Shown one piece after another: positions 15,719-24,937 of a DNA stretch of 30,313 bases; positions within the stretch are counted from its first letter, which is position 1, and each line of letters begins with the position of its first letter. The notes below the pieces were generated by a model. That model saw only the letters and a list, made by a program, of their open reading frames with translations, had not been told where the DNA came from and searched no databases. Origin of the DNA: Thermodesulfobacteriota bacterium (GTDB taxonomy: Bacteria > Desulfobacterota_D > UBA1144 > Nemesobacterales > N074bin48); the NCBI GenBank assembly GCA_041572575.1, contig JBFFSH010000028.1, forward strand, positions 1 through 30,313. The letters are read 5' to 3'. The translations under genes and the position numbers were made by a program.

Positions 15719-18310
15719 ATGTCTACTGAAACACCTATGGTAAGGCAGTACAAAAAGATAAAGCTTGAGCACCCCGATGCCATTCTTTTTTTCCGTCTGG
15801 GCGACTTTTATGAGATGTTTTATGAAGATGCAAAGACTGCATCAAAAGTGCTTGGAATTACCCTTACATCGAGAAATAAGTCAGATACAAACCCGATTCC
15901 TCTTTGCGGAGTGCCGTTTCATAGCGCCGAGCCTTATTTGGCAAAACTTTTAGAGCACGGACACAAGGTAGCAATCTGTGAACAAATAGAAGATCCGAAG
16001 CTTGCCAGGGGAATTGTGGAGAGAAAGGTAGTAAAGATATTAACACCAGGAGTAATAGTTGATACTGAACACCTGGAAGATAAAACCAATAACTATCTAA
16101 CCTGTATTGCAAAATATGGGGAGCACCGGGCAATTGCCACAGCTGATATATCTACAGGCGAGCTTAGGGCAGGTACATTTAGCTCTGCTGAAACACTTAA
16201 AAGTGAGCTTACGAACTTACAGCCAAAAGAAATCCTTATCCCCTGTGATACGGACGGGTACGACTTTATAAATGATTTATCTAATGATATATGGAAACCC
16301 GTTATTACAAAAAAAGAGGAGTATCTCTGGGAGCTTCAAAGTTGTGATGAACTGCTTAAAAACTATTTAGGTGTTAAAACCCTGCAGGCATTTAATCTTG
16401 AGAACAAGCCGGACTGCATTGTAGCTCTTGGAGTCTTAATTAACTACTTGTTATCTACCCAGATTGACGATATGCCTCCGCTTAAAAACCCTGTGTTCTA
16501 TGACAGGAACAACTTTTTACAGATAGACGGGACAACAATGTCCAATCTGGAAATCCTGAGAACTATTAGAGGCGATACCAAATCCGGCACTCTACTGTCA
16601 GTTATTGATATGACGCTTTGTGCCATGGGTGCAAGACTTCTAAGACAGTGGATAAACTACCCTCTTACAGATTCAGTAAAAATAAATAAAAGATTACAAA
16701 GAGTGGACGTTTTGTCCAAGGATCCGGCTCTTAAAAGAAATCTTAGGGCAAGCCTTAAAGAAATATCCGATATAGAAAGGATAATAACTCGCATCTCCAC
16801 AAACTCAGCAAAGCCAAGAGACCTTGGTGCTATTAGAGATTCCATAGTTTTCATAAAAGAAATTAAAAATGTTCTAATAGATTCTAATATTTTAGAATTA
16901 GGAGAGTTAGAGCAAAAGCTCGATAGCCTGCAAGACATATATGAAATTATTAGTGAATCTATTGTTTCAGAGCCGCCAAATACGCTTAGAACACCGCCTG
17001 TTATAAAAGAGGGTTTTAATAAGGAGCTTGATAGCCTTAGAAGTCTAACAAAAGATGGCAAGAAGTGGATAGCAGAACTTGAGGCAAAAGAAAAAGAAGC
17101 AACAGGGATAAATTTCCTTAAGATCGGTTATAACAAGGTCTTTGGATACTACATTGAGGTTACCAAGGCAAATATCCATCTTGTACCGGAAAGCTACATA
17201 AGAAAACAGACACTTGTAAATGCCGAGAGATTTATCACTCCTGATCTAAAAGAGCAGGAAGAAAAGATCGTGGGTGCAGAAGAAAAGATACTTGATCTGG
17301 AGAGGACGCTATTTGAACAGATAAGAAAGCAGGTAGAGGCACATTCTCATAGGATAAGAAAAACAAGTGCAGTTATAGCAGAGATAGACGTATTGTGCGG
17401 ACTATCAGAAACTGCTGAAAGGAATTCCTATGTTAAGCCTGAAATAAATAATTCAGATATAATCGATTTACATGGGTCAAGGCATCCCGTCATAGAATCT
17501 ATAATTACAGACGAAAGATTTGTTCCAAACGACATTAAATTTGACTGTAAGGAAAATCAGCTCCTGCTTATTACCGGCCCCAACATGGCGGGAAAATCGA
17601 CTCTAATAAGACAGGCTGCTCTCTGTGTGCTTATGGCACAGATTGGATCATTTGTACCTGCTAAAAGTGCATCTATAGGAGTAGTGGATAAGATATTCAC
17701 ACGCGTGGGCGCATCGGACAATCTTTCCAAGGGCCAGTCCACCTTTATGGTAGAGATGGTTGAGACGGCTTATATCCTAAGAAATGCAACAGATAAAAGT
17801 TTGGTAATTCTTGATGAGATTGGAAGGGGAACAAGCACGTTTGACGGGATGAGTATCGCATGGTCTGTGGCAGAATTTCTGCACGACCTCGGATGCAAGA
17901 CACTGTTTGCAACCCACTACCATGAGCTTGCCGAGCTTAGTAAGGATAAGGAAAGGGTAAAAAACTATAATGTATGCGTAAAAGAGTCTGATGATAAAAT
18001 CGTATTTCTAAGAAAGTTAATCGAAGGTGCCGCAAGCCACAGCTACGGAATAGAAGTTGCAAAACTTGCAGGTATCCCAGGTGAAGTAATAAGCTCAGCA
18101 AAAAAAGTTCTTTATAATCTTGAAAAAACTCAGTCTGACATTAAAAGCAGTATTTCAGAAGACCAGCTTAAGCTTTTTAACAATAAACAGGAAGATAAAA
18201 AAGAAACCGAGCTTATAGATCAATTAAAAAGCCTTGATCTTGATAATATGACTCCCATGCAGGCTCTTTCAAAGATTGCTGAACTAAAAGAAAAACTAAA
18301 AGAGACGTAA
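15719..18310 (+). CDS. mutS: DNA mismatch repair protein MutS
   Basis: TPMVRQY, GDFYEMF, TGPNMAGKST, STFMVEM, DEIGRGT, SYGIEVA. Confidence 0.99.
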   Translation: MSTETPMVRQYKKIKLEHPDAILFFRLGDFYEMFYEDAKTASKVLGITLTSRNKSDTNPIPLCGVPFHSAEPYLAKLLEHGHKVAICEQIEDPKLARGIVERKVVKILTPGVIVDTEHLEDKTNNYLTCIAKYGEHRAIATADISTGELRAGTFSSAETLKSELTNLQPKEILIPCDTDGYDFINDLSNDIWKPVITKKEEYLWELQSCDELLKNYLGVKTLQAFNLENKPDCIVALGVLINYLLSTQIDDMPPLKNPVFYDRNNFLQIDGTTMSNLEILRTIRGDTKSGTLLSVIDMTLCAMGARLLRQWINYPLTDSVKINKRLQRVDVLSKDPALKRNLRASLKEISDIERIITRISTNSAKPRDLGAIRDSIVFIKEIKNVLIDSNILELGELEQKLDSLQDIYEIISESIVSEPPNTLRTPPVIKEGFNKELDSLRSLTKDGKKWIAELEAKEKEATGINFLKIGYNKVFGYYIEVTKANIHLVPESYIRKQTLVNAERFITPDLKEQEEKIVGAEEKILDLERTLFEQIRKQVEAHSHRIRKTSAVIAEIDVLCGLSETAERNSYVKPEINNSDIIDLHGSRHPVIESIITDERFVPNDIKFDCKENQLLLITGPNMAGKSTLIRQAALCVLMAQIGSFVPAKSASIGVVDKIFTRVGASDNLSKGQSTFMVEMVETAYILRNATDKSLVILDEIGRGTSTFDGMSIAWSVAEFLHDLGCKTLFATHYHELAELSKDKERVKNYNVCVKESDDKIVFLRKLIEGAASHSYGIEVAKLAGIPGEVISSAKKVLYNLEKTQSDIKSSISEDQLKLFNNKQEDKKETELIDQLKSLDLDNMTPMQALSKIAELKEKLKET

Positions 18311-18320
18311 AATTTTTCTT

Positions 18321-18731
18321 ATGAAACTACTTGAGCATATATCAAATATATTTAATAAGAAAAATGAACTGGATAACAAATCAAGAGGAGAGCTTGGAGA
18401 AAAAAAGGCATGTAAGTTTATAAAGAAAAATGGCTACGAGGTACTAGAAAAAAATTACAGGACCAAATTTGGTGAGATAGATATTGTCGCTTCTGAACAT
18501 GACACAATTTGTTTTATTGAAGTAAAAGCAAGATCGAATTCAGATTATGGTAACCCGGAGGAGTTTGTAACCAAAAAGAAGCAGGAAAAGCTCTGGAAAA
18601 CGGCTTCTATATATATTGATAACAATCCTTCAGATCTGGAAAATTACAGGTTTGATGTAATTGCAATTGACTTTGAAAGCAATAATGTAGAAATATTTAA
18701 AAACGCATTCGAGCCGGAGGTTTCATTTTAA
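18321..18731 (+). CDS. yraN: YraN/UPF0102 family putative endonuclease
   Basis: GEIDIV, FIEVKAR, RFDVIAI. Confidence 0.92.
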   Translation: MKLLEHISNIFNKKNELDNKSRGELGEKKACKFIKKNGYEVLEKNYRTKFGEIDIVASEHDTICFIEVKARSNSDYGNPEEFVTKKKQEKLWKTASIYIDNNPSDLENYRFDVIAIDFESNNVEIFKNAFEPEVSF

Positions 18732-19067
18732 CTAATAGTAATTAATCACCCTCTTTATATCCTCTATCAATTTTTCCTGATCTATATTCTCTATCTGATA
18801 TGCAACGGGTTTATCACTGTGAGTAACGTCTCCGTGAAGATAAAACGTCTTGTCATCAACTATATAAAAATAAGAATTCAAAACAATCCTGTTTTCAAAA
18901 TCTATTATTGATAGCGCTCTTAAATCTCTATAATCAAATCCTACATCAAAATCTGTTTTTAGATCGGGATTTTGATTAAAACTGCTTTTATCGGTAAGAA
19001 CACAGTACCATCCTTCCTGTTCAAACTGATCTCTTATTTCTTCAAGCAATTTATATAGTTTGTCCAT
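18732..19067 (-). CDS. Hypothetical protein
   Basis: 111-aa ORF filling the gap, with AAAAGGAC upstream; no motif recognised. Confidence 0.65.
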   Translation of the reverse strand: MDKLYKLLEEIRDQFEQEGWYCVLTDKSSFNQNPDLKTDFDVGFDYRDLRALSIIDFENRIVLNSYFYIVDDKTFYLHGDVTHSDKPVAYQIENIDQEKLIEDIKRVINYY

Positions 19068-19184
19068 CTCGTCCTTTTAGTTAGAATAGTTGAATATTTA
19101 ATATTATTTTACAATACTGAGAATTTTCGAGTAACATTGTAAATGTTTATTATACTAATCCAAAGAGAATATAAAGGAAAATAG

Positions 19185-20129
19185 ATGAAAGTAATCGTAG
19201 CAAAGCCAAGGGGTTTTTGTGCAGGAGTGGACAGGGCAATAGAAATTGTGGAACGCGCGCTTGAGATGTACGGCCCGCCAATATATGTGCGTCATGCAAT
19301 AGTGCATAACAAAAGGGTAGTAGAAAAACTAAAGGCCAAAGGTGTTGTATTTGTAGAAGAACTAGAAGAGATAAAGGAAAAAGATTCCCGTGTAATCTTC
19401 AGTGCACACGGAGTAAGTCCTGCCGTCTGGAATGAAGCCAAGGATAGAAGCCTGCAATCTGTTGATGCAGTTTGTCCACTTGTAACTAAGGTACACAGTG
19501 AGGTTAAACACTATGCAGATAAAGGCTATTCCATTGTTCTAATCGGACATAGAAACCACGTAGAGGTAATCGGTACAAGCGGTGAAGCGCCTGAAAAAGT
19601 TATAGTAGTAGAATCGGTAGAGGAAGCCGAGAAACTAGAATTACCCGATCCCAATAAAGTTGCCTATGTAACACAGACAACTCTTAGTGTGGACGATACA
19701 AGAGATATTGTCGAAACATTAAAGGCAAGATTTCCAAAGATTGTAGCTCCATCAAAACTGGATATTTGTTATGCTACCCAAAACAGGCAGGATGCTGTGA
19801 AGCAGCTTGCAAAGCACTCAGATATGATTTTTATTATGGGCTCTCCTGAAAGTTCCAACTCTAACCGTCTTGTAGAGGTTGCTAAGTCATGCGGTGTAGA
19901 AAAAGCATCTTTAATAGAAGGAATAGAGGATTTAGATAAAGATATGTTTTCAGATGATATGACTATAGGACTTAGCTCAGGCGCATCAACACCGGAGACT
20001 GTGGTTCAGGAAGTAATTTCAAAACTCAGAGAATTTGGTGCAGAGAGTGTAGAAGAACTTGACGGCAAGGAAGAGTTCACACGATTTCCCTTTGAAGAAC
20101 ACTTGGAATTTAGGAGTTCTTATAACTGA
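19185..20129 (+). CDS. ispH: 4-hydroxy-3-methylbut-2-enyl diphosphate reductase
   Basis: PRGFCAGVDRA, IVHN, SAHG, DAVCPLV, QTT, ICYATQNRQ, SSNS. Confidence 0.99.
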   Translation: MKVIVAKPRGFCAGVDRAIEIVERALEMYGPPIYVRHAIVHNKRVVEKLKAKGVVFVEELEEIKEKDSRVIFSAHGVSPAVWNEAKDRSLQSVDAVCPLVTKVHSEVKHYADKGYSIVLIGHRNHVEVIGTSGEAPEKVIVVESVEEAEKLELPDPNKVAYVTQTTLSVDDTRDIVETLKARFPKIVAPSKLDICYATQNRQDAVKQLAKHSDMIFIMGSPESSNSNRLVEVAKSCGVEKASLIEGIEDLDKDMFSDDMTIGLSSGASTPETVVQEVISKLREFGAESVEELDGKEEFTRFPFEEHLEFRSSYN

Positions 20130-20130
20130 G

Positions 20131-20466
20131 TTAATAAATAAGCGCATCTAGAATTTCTAAAACTTCATTAAATATTTCAGGTGAAGCCTTTTCAACAAAC
20201 TTTATTTTTCTGCTTATATAATCAATTGATTTAACCTGATCAACCATAATAAAACCTGTTAGCTGTGACTCGCTGGGAACTTTTACATGAAATGGTACAT
20301 TTCTGTCGGTGTTGGTAATAGGACATGCAATTGCAAGCCCGGTGGCTTTATTGAATAGGTCGTTGCTTATAATAAGCGCTGGCCTCCTGCCTTTTTGTTC
20401 GCGACCTGATTGTGGATCGAAAGTTAGGGTTACGAAATCACCTTTTTTAGGTATATAAGCTGCCAC
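20131..20466 (-). CDS. mazF: MazF/PemK-family endoribonuclease toxin
   Basis: FDPQSGREQKGRRPALIIS, CPIT, DQVKSID; GTG start directly after the antitoxin stop. Confidence 0.95.
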   Translation of the reverse strand: MAAYIPKKGDFVTLTFDPQSGREQKGRRPALIISNDLFNKATGLAIACPITNTDRNVPFHVKVPSESQLTGFIMVDQVKSIDYISRKIKFVEKASPEIFNEVLEILDALIY

Positions 20467-20715
20467 TTACCAGACTTCCTTGCCTACTGGCGCTCCCCAG
20501 TCTTCTTCAGAAGGGTTATAGTTTTTATCTATCTTTGATACGAGCTGCTCAAGTTTCTTCTTGCCCCTTTTTGGTTTTACAGACTTAATGATAATCTTTC
20601 CGTCTTTAACCGTCATATCCACTTCATCACCAACTTCAATCTTGGCCTTCTCCAAAATATATTTAGATACTCTGAGCCCCTGGCTATTTCCCCATTTTTG
20701 AATTTTTGTAACCAT
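20467..20715 (-). CDS. mazE: MazE/AbrB-family antitoxin
   Basis: MVTKIQKWGNSQGLR...EEDWGAPVGKEVW; start at 20715 after AAGGAA. Confidence 0.95.
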   Translation of the reverse strand: MVTKIQKWGNSQGLRVSKYILEKAKIEVGDEVDMTVKDGKIIIKSVKPKRGKKKLEQLVSKIDKNYNPSEEDWGAPVGKEVW

Positions 20716-20733
20716 AACAATTTCCTTAAAAAA

Positions 20734-20771
20734 GTATATACATAGTATACACTGCAATTTTATTATCTCAA
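20734..20771 (-). promoter_or_regulatory. mazEF promoter with overlapping palindromic operator
   Basis: TTGAGA-16-TATACT on the minus strand; imperfect palindrome GTATATAC-ATA-GTATACAC at 20734-20752 covers the -10. Confidence 0.65.
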
Positions 20772-20816
20772 CATATCTGATGAGTATATTAGAGTGTTTC
20801 TCTACATAGTCAGTTG

Positions 20817-22427
20817 TTAAGGAGTACCTTGCTCTTCTTCACTCACAAATCTTCTTGCCTGCTCATCAGGCAGACGAAGTTTGAGGGCAAGTACAAAAAT
20901 AGCAAGCGAGAAAATGGTTATTATCGCCATGGCTACTGCTTCGTTTATAATCCCAAGACCTTTTCCATAGCTTCCCAGGTAGGAGATTACGTCCAGCCCC
21001 ACAATGTATGGCAAAAACCATAGGGACTGCTTTAAGTTGAGCATGTCGGCAGATTCTTTATTAGTCATGCGTGTTATACCGAGTATTATAAAGCCCATCA
21101 GGGCTGCAAGAAAAACCTTCCAATTAGTCTCCCAGCCTGTCCAGTAAATAACAAATCCAACAAAAATAAAAGAAACGGCTGAAAAAACAGTAGCATATGG
21201 TATACGAAACGGCCTATGCAGCTCTGGAATTTGATACCTGAGTGCAGCAAGAGAAACAGGGCCAAAAGCAAAAGACAGTACGACCGAAGAGCTTATAAAA
21301 CCAACAAGCTCAGACCATCCCGGAAAGGGAAGAAATATGAGCATACCGGCTATGAAATTGAACACCAGACTCCATATCGGCACATTAAAACGGTTGAGCT
21401 TTTCAAAGATTCTTGGGATCTGCCTGTTCTTAGACATAGCATAGTTGATACGTGCTGTAGCTCCGGTGTAAGCAAGTCCTGTGCCTGACGGGGAAAGTAT
21501 TGCATCACTATATAGAGCAATTGCAAGCCACTGCACACCCAGTATTGTGGCAAATGCTGCAAATGGCCCCCCGGGTACACTCTCTGATATTTTGGCCCAG
21601 CCACCCTGCAGATGGTCAGGCGGAATTACACCTATAAACGCTACCTGCAGAATTATGTATATGATAAGACTAACTACTACAGCCCCAATCATGGCCAGAG
21701 GGACGTTACGCTGCGGGTTTTTTACCTCACCTGCCATGTCCATAGCGGTACGAAAGCCAAAGAGACAAAACATCACTCCACCACTGGAAACCGCCCCTAA
21801 TACTCCGGCAACCCCGTTTGGAGCAAACCCCCCAAAGTCATGAAAATTCTCCATGCGAAATCCAACAATAATAAGTACAATAGGGGCAATAACGGGTACG
21901 GATAATTTCCAAAAGGTGATTGTAGTATTCGCGTTTGCAAGCCACTTTACCCCGCGCATATTAATAATCACAAAAATAAGCATCAAGATACTAGCTACAA
22001 AGACCCCCTCTTTTGAAAGTGCCCTCTCGCCATGCTCGTTGATGGTAAGCCACGGAAAGTAGTTAGATGAGTACTCTAAAACAGCGGTTACCTCTATAGG
22101 TGCCGTGGTAACATATGCTATCCAGCACAACCACCCGGCCATAAAACTGTTGATCGTTCCGTGAGAGAAATGCGGTATACGCGCGATACCCCCTGCTACG
22201 GGGAGCATCCCTCCCAGCTCCGCATAAACCAGCGCAAGAATGATTGCGACGAAACCGCCTATAAACCATGAGAAAATCGCAGCCGGGCCGGCGATCTGAG
22301 CAGCATACATAGAAGCAAAGAGCCACCCCGAGCCTATCATCCCCGTAATCCCTGTAAAAAGCAGTGCAACAAACCCTATTTCACGGCTGAGCTGTTTATT
22401 TTGAGTGATTTTCTTACTTTTAACCAT
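20817..22427 (-). CDS. APC-family amino acid permease
   Basis: MIGSGWLF, AGPAA, YAELG, AGEVKNPQRNVP; about 14 TM segments. Confidence 0.92.
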   Translation of the reverse strand: MVKSKKITQNKQLSREIGFVALLFTGITGMIGSGWLFASMYAAQIAGPAAIFSWFIGGFVAIILALVYAELGGMLPVAGGIARIPHFSHGTINSFMAGWLCWIAYVTTAPIEVTAVLEYSSNYFPWLTINEHGERALSKEGVFVASILMLIFVIINMRGVKWLANANTTITFWKLSVPVIAPIVLIIVGFRMENFHDFGGFAPNGVAGVLGAVSSGGVMFCLFGFRTAMDMAGEVKNPQRNVPLAMIGAVVVSLIIYIILQVAFIGVIPPDHLQGGWAKISESVPGGPFAAFATILGVQWLAIALYSDAILSPSGTGLAYTGATARINYAMSKNRQIPRIFEKLNRFNVPIWSLVFNFIAGMLIFLPFPGWSELVGFISSSVVLSFAFGPVSLAALRYQIPELHRPFRIPYATVFSAVSFIFVGFVIYWTGWETNWKVFLAALMGFIILGITRMTNKESADMLNLKQSLWFLPYIVGLDVISYLGSYGKGLGIINEAVAMAIITIFSLAIFVLALKLRLPDEQARRFVSEEEQGTP

Positions 22428-22520
22428 TTTTCACTCTTCTCATTTTGAAGACAAACCAGATCAGTAATGAATAGTGATTTTTATATATTTACAATAAATT
22501 GTAGTTATTCTTTGATTCAA

Positions 22521-23807
22521 TCAGTCCTCAAGCTCCCCACCCAGCTTTTTACTAATTGTTAAAGTAGCTATGAGACTGATAACTGCCATGGCTATTAAAT
22601 AGTAGGCAGGGGACTCAATATCCCCTGTACGCGATACAAGCCACGTGCTAACAAGCGGAGCGGTGCCTCCGAAAATAGCAAGTGCAATATTGTATGAAAC
22701 TCCGATGCTGCTAAATCTTATTCTTGTCGGGAAAAGTTCTACAAGGGTTGCTGCCATTGGACCCAAGGCTCCACCAATGAGTATGGCGAAGATTAACTGA
22801 GAGATTAGGGCAGAGCTGAATACTCCATGGTCAGTCCATATTACAAGTGGGTAAGCAAGTACTGCCATACCCAAAAACGCCGCTCCAAGCACAGTTTTAC
22901 GACCAATTAAGTCTGAGAGGTATCCAGCAGCAGGTATTAAAAACATAAGCGCCACCATGCTAATTGTATTTATCATTAGTGCATGAGATATTGGAGGAAC
23001 AACTATGGTGGTTAGGTATGTAGGCCACCAGACAAAGAGCATATAAAATCCCCCGGCATACAGCACAAGCATGGCTACTACATGAGCGATCATGCCCGGC
23101 ATAGACTTTACAGCTTCAATAACAGGACTTTTTCCGACATCACCTGTTTCTTTCACCTTTTCAAACTGAGGAGTTTCCACCATGCCCTTTCTCATCCATA
23201 GCCCAAACCCTCCAATTGCAAACCCAAGCAAAAACGGTATACGCCATCCCCAGTTCTTAAGAAATTCTGCATCAAACACTCCGTGCGCTATTGTTGCAAC
23301 GGCAGAGCCAAGAAGAATACCTCCGACTGCGCTGCATACAGAAAAACTGCCAAAAAAACCGCGTCTGTTTTTAGGGGCGATCTCGGTTATGAAAGAAATT
23401 GAACCTACAAGTTCTCCACCTACAGATACTCCCTGAATAAGTCGTATCAATACGAGTAATATTGGTGCCAAAAGCCCAATCTGCGCATGTGTGGGAAGAA
23501 AAGCTATGAGTGTAGTTGGAATTGCCATCATCATCACAGAGAGCTGCAGGGCCCGCTTTCTGCCAAGCTTGTCTCCAAAGTGTCCAAAGATTATTCCTCC
23601 TATTGGGCGCATCAGATAACCTGCGGCAAAAACCCCAAAAGTTTTTATGAGTGCTGCCATCGGATTATCAGAAGGGAAGAATTGCGAGCCTATTATAGGA
23701 GCAAAAAACCCAAACACCGCAAAGTCGTACCATTCAAGGATGTTTCCGACAACTCCCCCGAATATATTTTTCTTAAGATGAGGTGTCATTTTTGATTGAT
23801 TGCTCAT
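22521..23807 (-). CDS. MFS transporter, metabolite:H+ symporter (ProP-like)
   Basis: GNILEWYDF, RPIGG, GDKLGRK, QGVSVGGE, WRIPF; ATG at 23807 after GGAGG. Confidence 0.92.
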   Translation of the reverse strand: MSNQSKMTPHLKKNIFGGVVGNILEWYDFAVFGFFAPIIGSQFFPSDNPMAALIKTFGVFAAGYLMRPIGGIIFGHFGDKLGRKRALQLSVMMMAIPTTLIAFLPTHAQIGLLAPILLVLIRLIQGVSVGGELVGSISFITEIAPKNRRGFFGSFSVCSAVGGILLGSAVATIAHGVFDAEFLKNWGWRIPFLLGFAIGGFGLWMRKGMVETPQFEKVKETGDVGKSPVIEAVKSMPGMIAHVVAMLVLYAGGFYMLFVWWPTYLTTIVVPPISHALMINTISMVALMFLIPAAGYLSDLIGRKTVLGAAFLGMAVLAYPLVIWTDHGVFSSALISQLIFAILIGGALGPMAATLVELFPTRIRFSSIGVSYNIALAIFGGTAPLVSTWLVSRTGDIESPAYYLIAMAVISLIATLTISKKLGGELED

Positions 23808-23894
23808 AATTACCTCCAATAATTTTCATTATAGGCTTAATAGAAATTTGAATCAATAACTTTTCATCTTTGAACCTTGATCCATTATAATAGA

Positions 23895-24872
23895 TCATTC
23901 CGGCGGCGTCTTGTACTTATAACCGCCTTCAAACGCACCTTCCATCTCAACCAATTGTTTATAAAGCTCCGGTCTGCGGTTCTTGAGATATGCCCCCTCA
24001 GGATGTGTAGCACAGTAGTCGCCGGGGATAATATCTGCTACCATGAGCGTATCTTCATTCCTTGCGGCTATTAAAGTATCGCCGTGAGGCCCACAAATAA
24101 TAGAGTTTCCTCTGTACTGCCAAGTACCCGATCCAACCGTTTCTGATCCAGATCTGTTACAGTAAGAGATAAAGCAGTGATTTTCTAACGAGTGAGCCGG
24201 AATAAGGTTTGTTGAAATATCAGGATAAGGAACGGTCGTGCGCTTTCCATCTGGAAGGTTGTAATAATAATCGGCAGCTGTAGGTATAGCGATGAGTTTA
24301 GCACCTTTTAAGGCTAGTATTCTTGATAGCTCAAAAAACTCGGCTTCGTAACAGTTCAGCACACCAATTGGAAAATCATTTATCTCACAGACTATATAAG
24401 GATCCTCATTTGTATCACAATATCCAAATGAATAATTATTTCTCTCGGCTTGTCCGAACAGATGCGTCTTTCGGTAATTGTGTAGCAGCGTCCCATCAGA
24501 ATCTATCACAGCAATTGAATCATAATAGAGGGTTTTTCCAGAGCTTTCATCTTTTTCTGCATAAGGGCAAATGATGCCAATTTCATTTTCTTCTGCGATC
24601 GCTCTTACTCGCGTAATCGACAGGCCGTCAACGGTTTCGGCAAGCTCCTTTATCACATCGGGAGTCATAGTGTAGCCTTGCAGATATAATTCGGGAAAGC
24701 TTATGAGATGAGCACCAAATTGTTTAGCCTCTTTAACAGCTTCTTCCAGCATAAGGATGTTTTCATTAACTGCCTCTATGGTACCTACTGGTCTCTCAGC
24801 CTGGTATATGGCAAAGCGAATGCCCGTTCCCTTTTCAGGAGCATCTTTTTTTAACCTAGTTAAATAGACCAT
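23895..24872 (-). CDS. Carbon-nitrogen hydrolase (nitrilase superfamily amidase)
   Basis: E-K-C triad motifs FPEL, YRKTHL, NCYEAEF; C-terminal RRPELY. Confidence 0.9.
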   Translation of the reverse strand: MVYLTRLKKDAPEKGTGIRFAIYQAERPVGTIEAVNENILMLEEAVKEAKQFGAHLISFPELYLQGYTMTPDVIKELAETVDGLSITRVRAIAEENEIGIICPYAEKDESSGKTLYYDSIAVIDSDGTLLHNYRKTHLFGQAERNNYSFGYCDTNEDPYIVCEINDFPIGVLNCYEAEFFELSRILALKGAKLIAIPTAADYYYNLPDGKRTTVPYPDISTNLIPAHSLENHCFISYCNRSGSETVGSGTWQYRGNSIICGPHGDTLIAARNEDTLMVADIIPGDYCATHPEGAYLKNRRPELYKQLVEMEGAFEGGYKYKTPPE

Positions 24873-24937
24873 ATTTACTCCTCCTTCTATCTATTCATTT
24901 TTCAGGATAGGGCAAAGTTTTACCAGCTTTAGAACAA

